A program made the translations under genes and the position numbers. The notes beneath the pieces are model-generated. The model searched no databases. It was not told where the DNA came from and worked only from the letters and a program-made list of their open reading frames with translations. Positions 33,701-40,493 of a stretch of DNA of 64,000 bases are shown here, piece by piece. Source of the stretch: a virus. The DNA lies in the IMG/VR virus record IMGVR_UViG_3300032116_000104, positions 1 through 64,000 of that record, one strand, 5' to 3'. Every line of letters starts with the position of its first letter. The first letter of the stretch is position 1.

Positions 33701-36700
33701 TGACTCTTTCCTCAAGAAGGTCACGAGCAAGGTAGGCAATATCAGTGACAGCCGTTCTATCTCCGCCACCTCCAGTGTTTCTGACACCATTTGCGGCTAT
33801 GTCAATTATTGACTGACGGATACGATTTAGTTCATCGCCAATGTTTTCTGGAGTTATGTCAGTGAGAACTATTGATTCAAAAAGTTCCATCGCTCTGTCT
33901 GCTGTGGCGGCATCCCATCCACCGCCCTGCTGCCCAGGCTGCATGAACCCCCTGATGTCACGCAACTCTTTTGACGCATCAAGTCTTGCCTGACGCGCCT
34001 GTTGTGCTGCCGCAGATGCGCGCCCTGCCTCTACGTCCCTCATATTGACGACTTCTACATCGCCAGTGCTGGAACGGACTCCTGTAGTTGGAAATTTGTT
34101 ATTTAACCCATTGGTCAGGGTATTGATTTCGTCTTCTGAGAATCCAAGTTCTCTGAGTTTGCCAACAATGTCTGACTCAATTTTCTGACGCGCCTCGCGA
34201 GACTCCGTTGGGTCAATCTTGCCCTTTTCATCACGCTTGACCATTCCAGAGCCGCGCTTACCGAGGTTCTCGGTCGTGGAGCGCATTCCACTACGGCGAC
34301 GCGCTGGGTTCAGGTTCTCAAGTTCTTCTTTAGAAACACCTTCAACAATGACCCTTCTTGCGGTCTTGGCGACTTCAAGTTGTCTGGCGAGCCTGGCTTC
34401 GTCTGGGCTTGGCTTGGCTCTCTCCATGTTCATATCGTCAACAGCAAGTTTGAGAACTCTATTCATGTCCTCAAAGTTGGTAGTCCCATTCTTCATGTCA
34501 CGAATGAGGCCATCAACCCAATCCTTGTCAAGGCCGCCCCTTGCCGAGTAGGCGGTTGGATAGTCTTCTAGTGACTCTTCAATATCTCTCAGAAACTCTG
34601 AAATTCTTCTGCCGCGACGGTCGGTAATTGACAGCGGTGAGTCCATTGAAGAACTCCTGAGACCACGAGCACGATTCATGCGTGGGTCTCCTCTGGTCTC
34701 TGCAATCTCCCATGCACGGAGGTCTTCCGCTCTGACGCCAAGGATTCCAGCAAGTTCACGAACTGGCGTTCCTTCAAAGCGCTTACGCAAGATGAATTCA
34801 GCAAGAGCCCTATCGGTGTCCTGGAATCGCGGCTCCTGACCTGGCTCCCCTCGTTGCGCAAGTTGTGCTGGTGTTCGTGCTGGGATGAGGTCTTTCGCCC
34901 TCTTCTTAATTTCCTGAATTTCTAGTTTCCGCACTTCTTCGCGCGACATACCATACTCTTCAGCAACATCATCAAGTACTTTGCCAGCAAGACGAGCATC
35001 AACAATCGCCCTGTCTCTGTCAATCTCAACCTGCATATCGTCCAGCAGCGCATCAACATCGTCTCTATCGGTTGAGGAACGAAGGCCTCTTCTTGAGCCA
35101 CCCGCATCTATGGAATCAGCAAGTTGCTGAATATCCTCAAACGGACCACCACGGTCTCTTCCGTATGCAGAGAGAGTGGCTATTAAAGCCAGTCTTGCGT
35201 TGTTCTTATCGTCCTCGCTAAGAGGAGACTTTGGCCTTCTTCTGCTCGGAAAGAATTTTGTAAAATCATCTCTGTCGCCGTCAGACAGTTTTATATATTG
35301 GTCTTTAAGTGTTGAAATAAGGTCGCTTAGTTCTTCTGCGCCAGGAAATTCGTCTGGAATGTCGCCTTGCATTACTGATGCAACTGTCCAGTCTGAACCA
35401 GGCTGCGGGGGAAAGTAATCGCCCTGTTCGCTAGGCATAAACCGCGAAAGAACCTCCCCGAGGTTTTCAAGGAGAATTTCATCTACATCATCCATTGATG
35501 TATCACCGTCATTGCCAAGACTTGCGTCAAGCGCCTCTATTGCTCGCTGAAGTGCTTTTGTCTGCTCATCTATGGTCATTTCCGCAAAGCGGTCTCCCAT
35601 TGCGTCAATAATTTCTCTTTGCTCTACGCTATTGGCCTTTGCCGTTCTTGAGCGAAGCCCATCAGGGCGACCCTTGGAGTCTCCAGCACTTTGCATGCTA
35701 CGCACCATGTTACGAAGCGCATCAGAGTTTTGCTTATCCGTACTACGAACTCGCTTGTTATTTACTGAGTCAAGAACTGTGCCGAGGGCAAGAAGAGACG
35801 CAATTTGGTCGTCTTCTGACACTGCTCTCTTCCCTCTGGTTTTATACATGTCACCAAAGCGACCCTTGCCGCCAAGTTTTTCATAGGCATCCTGGACTTC
35901 ACTCAGAAGGTCACTGACGCTCTCTTTGTCAACGCTCTCTGAACCATCAAGAATTTTGGATGCTGAGTAATCACCCGATGGCGCTTCCACGGATAGAAAA
36001 TCACTCATTAGTTCAGACAGGTATTCTCTGTAGAAATCAATTTCATCGTCACCAGTGGCATCAAACAATTCCAACTGGTCTTTAACGATATTTCTAAAAG
36101 CCTCTTTTCTTTCAGATGGAGACATTTTTGCCATTGATTCAATTGCTGTTCCAGAACGCAGTCCACCATCACGACGGTTCTTGGCCTCAAGTTCGGCTTG
36201 TCGCACATCCTCGCGACGCATGTTGAGCGACTGAGCAACATCCTGTAGTGACTCCCCAGCCTCGCGGCGCTTGAGAATCTCATCGTTTGTCTTGCGCTTT
36301 GCATCGCGCTGGCGGATTGCCCGAAGTTCAGCCTTTCGCACGTCTTCGCGGCGCATGCCAAGGGACTCGGCTACGTCCTGCAAGGACTCTCCAGCCTCAC
36401 GGCGCTTCAAGATGGAGGCGTCGTCGTTGCTGTCTTTTCCACCAGATGAACGGAGACCACGACCAGTGTTGATGCCCTGCCCCTGGGCGGCCTGAATTGC
36501 CGCCTGAGTATTTACGCGACCACGCGTTGACCTGTCGTTGACGCCTGGAATCGCAGGTCTTTGGAACGGTGTCCCTTCTTGAACGATGCCATCGCCGTCA
36601 CCGTCCCAAGCGTTGGGGTCAAATCTAGCGGTTAGGCCTCTTGCGAGGCGGCGTCCTTTTCCCCCTCCGCCACCACCAATCGCTCGCCCGATGCGATTGC

Positions 36701-38015
36701 CAAGCCCCTTCTTTAGAGTTTCAACTGCATCAATGAACTCGGGAGTGACACCAGAGGTAATCACGATTCCCTTTTCAGAGACATATGAATCTACGCGGTG
36801 GTAATCCATGATTGGGTCAAGGAGTTGCTTCGTGTGGAAAGCATTATTGATGTCAACTGGGATGACATACTCTGCTGACTTCACTTCAACTTCCTTCTCT
36901 GCCGAAGCAAGGACATCTTGGAGCATTTCCATGACATTCTTCAGTTTTGCAAGGTTGCGCTTGTTGAGCGAGCGGCCAATCTTCTCCTCAATGTCATCAA
37001 GGAAGAAGTCGTCAAAGTCCAAGTCGTCGGACTTTCCTGGCATTGGCATGAAGTCGTCTGGGTCATCCCCAAGATAGGCGTCCCCCTGCGGCTTCATTGA
37101 CACAGCAAAAGCCTGTGCTGGAGATGACGGTATGGCGGGAATCTCTGGCGTGTAGACAGTCTGACTCTGGACGCGCTCAGGCTTGCCAAACATGAATTGA
37201 CCATCCTGGAAGTGGAATGCCACTCTGTATGTTGACGACTCACCGTCGCTTGTCAGTCTGTCAAAAACAACAGTGTTCTCTGTTGCGGCCCTCACGATGA
37301 CGTTGGAGCCAGACCGCTTGACAAGTTCCCTTCTGAGGGCAACCATCAGCGGGTTCTCTGGGGCAGATGGACGAACTGGGCGAACGGCCTGCTGTGGCTT
37401 CGGCGCCATTGGCTTCATCATTCCAGACGGCATTCCAGGGCTGTGCGGCATGCCTGGCATGCCCATCATTCCGTGACCCTTCTCCTCATCCGCCAGAGTA
37501 GTATCTGACTTAACCGAAATCGTGCCAGTCAGTTGGTTGGCTCCATGAAGAACTGGGGAAACCTCGTAAAGTTCCACCTCTCTGAGGATGTTGGCCTGAA
37601 GATTAGGGTCAAAAGACGCCTGAATGGTCTTGTAGCCAATTGACCACTCCTGCTCCTCACCAAAGAAGGCAACATTGGCGAAAGCCTCACGGCCCTTCTC
37701 TGAATTGAGGTTGAACTGAACGCGAGCGTAAAGACCGCCGATTCCAGCAGCCTTCATCTTTCCTGGCAGTCTTGAGTCGGTTGGGGGAACTTCGTAAATC
37801 TCCAAAACCTTGCCGATGGGGTCATTCCAGTTGTGTCCCCAGACGACTCTTGGCTTGCGTCGCTTCAGACTTGAGTTAAAAGCACCTGGGAGAAGAACAT
37901 CACCGACGCTGTCCTTGTTTCCGACGCCAGCAACGAAGCACTCAACGATGCCCTGAGCCTGGTCAACATTGAATGTTCCAGAACTCGCTTTGAACTCAAT
38001 ATCAGAAAAAGACAT
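30726..38015 (-). CDS. Prohead (HK97-type, S78) protease fused to a ~2250-aa modular polyprotein
   Basis: N-terminal ~170 aa: G.VE.FV...GNKDS.GD...PGAF..SL......W.HNW..PIG...WSIGY...LYEVSPVL.GAN. Lies between portal and capsid genes. Confidence 0.92.
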   Translation of the reverse strand: MSFSDIEFKASSGTFNVDQAQGIVECFVAGVGNKDSVGDVLLPGAFNSSLKRRKPRVVWGHNWNDPIGKVLEIYEVPPTDSRLPGKMKAAGIGGLYARVQFNLNSEKGREAFANVAFFGEEQEWSIGYKTIQASFDPNLQANILREVELYEVSPVLHGANQLTGTISVKSDTTLADEEKGHGMMGMPGMPHSPGMPSGMMKPMAPKPQQAVRPVRPSAPENPLMVALRRELVKRSGSNVIVRAATENTVVFDRLTSDGESSTYRVAFHFQDGQFMFGKPERVQSQTVYTPEIPAIPSSPAQAFAVSMKPQGDAYLGDDPDDFMPMPGKSDDLDFDDFFLDDIEEKIGRSLNKRNLAKLKNVMEMLQDVLASAEKEVEVKSAEYVIPVDINNAFHTKQLLDPIMDYHRVDSYVSEKGIVITSGVTPEFIDAVETLKKGLGNRIGRAIGGGGGGKGRRLARGLTARFDPNAWDGDGDGIVQEGTPFQRPAIPGVNDRSTRGRVNTQAAIQAAQGQGINTGRGLRSSGGKDSNDDASILKRREAGESLQDVAESLGMRREDVRKAELRAIRQRDAKRKTNDEILKRREAGESLQDVAQSLNMRREDVRQAELEAKNRRDGGLRSGTAIESMAKMSPSERKEAFRNIVKDQLELFDATGDDEIDFYREYLSELMSDFLSVEAPSGDYSASKILDGSESVDKESVSDLLSEVQDAYEKLGGKGRFGDMYKTRGKRAVSEDDQIASLLALGTVLDSVNNKRVRSTDKQNSDALRNMVRSMQSAGDSKGRPDGLRSRTAKANSVEQREIIDAMGDRFAEMTIDEQTKALQRAIEALDASLGNDGDTSMDDVDEILLENLGEVLSRFMPSEQGDYFPPQPGSDWTVASVMQGDIPDEFPGAEELSDLISTLKDQYIKLSDGDRDDFTKFFPSRRRPKSPLSEDDKNNARLALIATLSAYGRDRGGPFEDIQQLADSIDAGGSRRGLRSSTDRDDVDALLDDMQVEIDRDRAIVDARLAGKVLDDVAEEYGMSREEVRKLEIQEIKKRAKDLIPARTPAQLAQRGEPGQEPRFQDTDRALAEFILRKRFEGTPVRELAGILGVRAEDLRAWEIAETRGDPRMNRARGLRSSSMDSPLSITDRRGRRISEFLRDIEESLEDYPTAYSARGGLDKDWVDGLIRDMKNGTTNFEDMNRVLKLAVDDMNMERAKPSPDEARLARQLEVAKTARRVIVEGVSKEELENLNPARRRSGMRSTTENLGKRGSGMVKRDEKGKIDPTESREARQKIESDIVGKLRELGFSEDEINTLTNGLNNKFPTTGVRSSTGDVEVVNMRDVEAGRASAAAQQARQARLDASKELRDIRGFMQPGQQGGGWDAATADRAMELFESIVLTDITPENIGDELNRIRQSIIDIAANGVRNTGGGGDRTAVTDIAYLARDLLEERVKAANIPDNEYLPDPDDPTGEWLRNWDSFSKDEIIELLDDWRDRMERNIEKLPIRPNPNDKQKARIRGLMSSTRDRKDRVSDVRKRESGRSMIRDLDESSRSRTEELFDAAANTPFTRENMRSRMDSLAEDAVRLMSDGLFGDEGEESAFVDVLNGFGEIVAEQIASALGIDDDFPVQNPSVREMMGPWGDGITERVFDAWDDKGIGDFATRARIFKDWTGKDRAVTTARAARKPRPTVKEGLERAKREKTENRILRRREAGESLQEVAESLGMRREDVRKAELRAMRRREAAQQSRTDSDEGMRSSTRRVANNLSMTLSDDEIAQLRDEIPMLKRFSANGAALDALDEKLKNARNGKVDLTPDEVEQIEDAIESAKEPRRDGRTVVTSDIQGVIDQAAESEGGKYVSLNWEDQQAGKRGNLGLRSNNNNGAPADIDEARQKKLVFFMNSARGGSLGVSMRIREEYNRRGDGTLLAKDWKALDTLYSNITGDANPKKSSGRGMRSSTSDDDTGGGGIRVTGLGDTGRSGSKGRPMGSRAKEDSKGKTFQSMKPDNWDGMTAEQQFNWMADHSPERSGMRKVDYERVMKEVLDREASDERRAERGARRAERGPVQPTQRQPQQGPKEVAVKPRPANDEDATTERRDDSRRINNFLDKTVNDASRLSDRGRIDELHAEAWDEIADIMDSEDLSRNQIKAAIQRVKNYLADAEEADDTDGPAEKIIQRAETLLRTLNGLDTYYKNDKFIKDGPEIEVAPRRGRAAADIADISDDAFDDTGGVVRRVEGRPLDIDDNVPTPDAEPAAGEVITRRMGEGLRSSVPVNANRVVSQEVRDYVAARSRNTRGLRSSTDSKQGRTEIKAEATFFKDILDSLPKEIREADKAQDKRTSDALKALQDLISRQEAAKLGSRRTNAGRILMTRDEVDEILDAMMVVIDRQGAIGGNERQQKFATMLDMLAKAAMATFIDRTVEELSSRTVNRRNQRGREVEIQDL

Positions 38016-38105
38016 AAGACTCCCTTGGTCTTCTTTGATAATAAACGAACGGCGGGTCCTGTTGATGCAAGTAATGACGCTTATGCGTATGTTTCAGTAA
38101 ATTAT

Positions 38106-40202
38106 TTACTGAAATGACCCTTGGACGCCAGCGTTCCACGCACGACGGGCTTCCTGTTCAGCGATTTCTGGCCTCTTCTTGCCCAAGAGGTTAGTGAACG
38201 TAGAGACGATTGAACTCCTGAAAAGCGTGCTTCGGATGTCCTCATCTGGGGCGTTGAGGGAAGTGAACATTGACGCACTCAGTTCACCAAATGTCTCGTC
38301 ATTCACTAGATTGATGCGCTCAATCTGGGAATTCACATGAGCGATGGCATCCTCTCGGGTGAATGGGGCAATCGGTAGACGCTTCTCCGCATAGGTTTCG
38401 CGGGCATCATTCATGATGGAAGTCAGGACTGGCCTGATGTCTTCCTCAATCTGTCTAGTCCATGTCTCCCTGTTGAAGATGGAGTCAATTTCCAAGGATG
38501 CCGTGGCGAGTTGCTTCTTCGCCTTGGCTCCGCTGGCCTTTTCCAGAACGACCCTCTGTTGCCTCTCAAAGATTCTCTCTAGGCTTCTGTCAAGAATCTG
38601 GGTCCATCTAGTGAGGGCAATATTGGACGCTTGGTCCAATTCTTGGTCCACCTTGGTTTGAATTGGCGAGTTAGCCAACGCCGACATTTGTTGTGGTGCT
38701 GGTGGCTCTTCTGTGGTGGCCATTTCGGGTGGAGCATCGTTTGGCCCCATTGGTGCTGGCGGCTCCGCTGCTTGGGCAGCAATTTGCATGGCGCCCTGCA
38801 TGGTCGTTGCATCTGGCGGTCCTTCTGGGGCGGCGTCAGTTGGCGGCATTCCTGGCATTCCTGGCATTCCTGGAGCACCTGGGGCACCTGGCATCCCTGG
38901 CATCCCTGGCATCCCTGGCATTCCTGGAGCACCTGGCATCTGTGCCTGCGGACCCTCTTCCATCTTCTTCTTGGTATTGGCGATGGGGGTGAGATTCGGG
39001 TTCATGAGAAGCGAGTCAGCAAGGTCGCTCTGAACATCCTTGCGTCCAGAATTAATTCTGTACTCGTTGGTACTGATGAGTCCATTCTGGAACTCATCCA
39101 TGAGGTAGCGCTGGCGCTCCTGCTCGTACAGAATCAGGACTGGAACATCCGATGTATCAAAGTCAATGTAATTGTTTTCATCAAGTTCGTCAAGGGCGCG
39201 ACCGAGAATTTCCAGATGCGGAAGCATTGTTTCGTTCCAGAAGACTCTGTGCTCCTCTGCGGCGTTGCTGAATGTCCTGCCCGCAGCGTTGCCAATGACC
39301 GACTCTGGCACTCCGAATGAAGCAAGAATCTCCTCTTTTGTGATTTGCCTCATCTGCATGTAGGCCGCATCACGGGGAGACGCAGATGTGTCAACATAAT
39401 CAACACCTTCGTCCGAAGAAATAACCGTTGTCTGACCCGTTCTGCTCAGGTTTCCACGGAAACGATTCTTGATTTCCTCTTTGTCGTCCTCGTCAATTTC
39501 CCCCCTGAGGACGATTAGTCCACCAGGACGACCGTCATTCAGCAAGTAGTTTCTGTTATAGACCTTTGCAAGATTCTCAATCTCTACGGCGACACCAGCG
39601 GACTCAAGAGGCGTCATTGAGAGGTACGGGTCAAGCGGGTGTGGCTTGCGAATCCAGACCACATCATCTGGCTTCATGATGATTGTTCTGCCGTCTGGCA
39701 TGATGACCTCATAGCCAGCGACAAAGTTCTTTGGGTCTGGAATTGGCGCGGTGGACTGCGGTGGCAAAAGGTTCAGGGCGATAACGGTTCCGTCTCTGGA
39801 ACGAATCTTCTCAATGAACGCACCTCTGGTGCTCATGAGAATCTGTGAGGAAAGCCTGTATCGGAAGATGAAGGAGTTCTCTCCTATGTTCGCTTTGGTA
39901 TTGAAGATTTTCAACAGGGGGCTGTCCTTAGCCGCCTTGCCGCCAAGAATCTGCCCGTCAGGTGAGTTATCCTTGCGAAGAATGACTGGAAGCCTTGCCT
40001 GGTTTCCAGCGATGGCATCAATGCATCGCGACACCCAAGTGACCTTCTGCATGCCCTCGCGATAAACGCGCTCAATGTCCCATGAGTCCTTGTAGCCACG
40101 GCCTGCATAGGCGGGGTTCATTGCGATGGGGGCGCCAGGACCTATTGCCGCCTTGGAAGAACCTGAGTTCAGTGACTTATTTTGATAACTATTCCAGGCC
40201 AT
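38106..40202 (-). CDS. Portal protein (HK97-like) with MPG low-complexity linker and MuF-like C-terminal extension
   Basis: V.RCID.IA...A.LP, G.A.I, P.DP..S..PL, N.GRPGG, I...FGVP...G; C-terminal RI..VNDET...IAEQE.RRAWNAG. Confidence 0.93.
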   Translation of the reverse strand: MAWNSYQNKSLNSGSSKAAIGPGAPIAMNPAYAGRGYKDSWDIERVYREGMQKVTWVSRCIDAIAGNQARLPVILRKDNSPDGQILGGKAAKDSPLLKIFNTKANIGENSFIFRYRLSSQILMSTRGAFIEKIRSRDGTVIALNLLPPQSTAPIPDPKNFVAGYEVIMPDGRTIIMKPDDVVWIRKPHPLDPYLSMTPLESAGVAVEIENLAKVYNRNYLLNDGRPGGLIVLRGEIDEDDKEEIKNRFRGNLSRTGQTTVISSDEGVDYVDTSASPRDAAYMQMRQITKEEILASFGVPESVIGNAAGRTFSNAAEEHRVFWNETMLPHLEILGRALDELDENNYIDFDTSDVPVLILYEQERQRYLMDEFQNGLISTNEYRINSGRKDVQSDLADSLLMNPNLTPIANTKKKMEEGPQAQMPGAPGMPGMPGMPGMPGAPGAPGMPGMPGMPPTDAAPEGPPDATTMQGAMQIAAQAAEPPAPMGPNDAPPEMATTEEPPAPQQMSALANSPIQTKVDQELDQASNIALTRWTQILDRSLERIFERQQRVVLEKASGAKAKKQLATASLEIDSIFNRETWTRQIEEDIRPVLTSIMNDARETYAEKRLPIAPFTREDAIAHVNSQIERINLVNDETFGELSASMFTSLNAPDEDIRSTLFRSSIVSTFTNLLGKKRPEIAEQEARRAWNAGVQGSFQ
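38845..38939 (-). repeat. 9-bp tandem repeat encoding (MPG/APG)n inside the portal gene
   Basis: CCTGGCAT(T/C) units on the + strand. Confidence 0.85.
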
Positions 40203-40205
40203 TTT

Positions 40206-40445
40206 TTACTCAAGCCCTAAAAGGAATCCGAATATTCCGCATGCCACACCAGCCACAATAAAACCAAGGGCAGGGTTGAATAATCCCGCGCCAATACTGG
40301 TCAACAGTATAAACGACAGCATAAAGAGGTTGGCGAATGTCTGCCTAGTAAGTATCGCTTTGATGTAGCGTTGAATGGAGACCCAAAACACGCGAAGGCG
40401 GGCTTTGGCTCTTTGCTGTAGTGATGGTTTTGGCTGCCTTGGCAT
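40206..40445 (-). CDS. Small two-TM membrane protein upstream of portal
   Basis: Hydrophobic LFMLSFILLTSIGAGLF and ALGFIVAGVACGIFGFLLG; leaderless TAATGT-N7-ATG. Confidence 0.8.
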   Translation of the reverse strand: MPRQPKPSLQQRAKARLRVFWVSIQRYIKAILTRQTFANLFMLSFILLTSIGAGLFNPALGFIVAGVACGIFGFLLGLE

Positions 40446-40493
40446 ATGAACAACATTACCTTATACGACGAACGGCTGTCGGAGGGCATATTT

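Noticed and set aside
32533-33735. 400-aa plus-strand ORF and other long antisense ORFs (e.g. 29896..30645, 38631..39320, 25962..26537, 1377..2006, 5442..5969)
   Set aside because: Ser/Arg- or His/Leu-rich shadow frames of real genes on the opposite strand, with no RBS or recognisable motifs.
30726-36458. GLRS-coding sites as a DNA repeat array or CRISPR
   Set aside because: Copies differ at synonymous positions, are only ~12 bp and are irregularly spaced within one ORF. Conservation is at protein level, and no cas genes are present.
30726-38015. Inteins or an assembly/readthrough artefact explaining the giant protease ORF
   Set aside because: I saw no intein C1...HN or LAGLIDADG motifs. 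The frame is continuous and shares tags with neighbouring genes.
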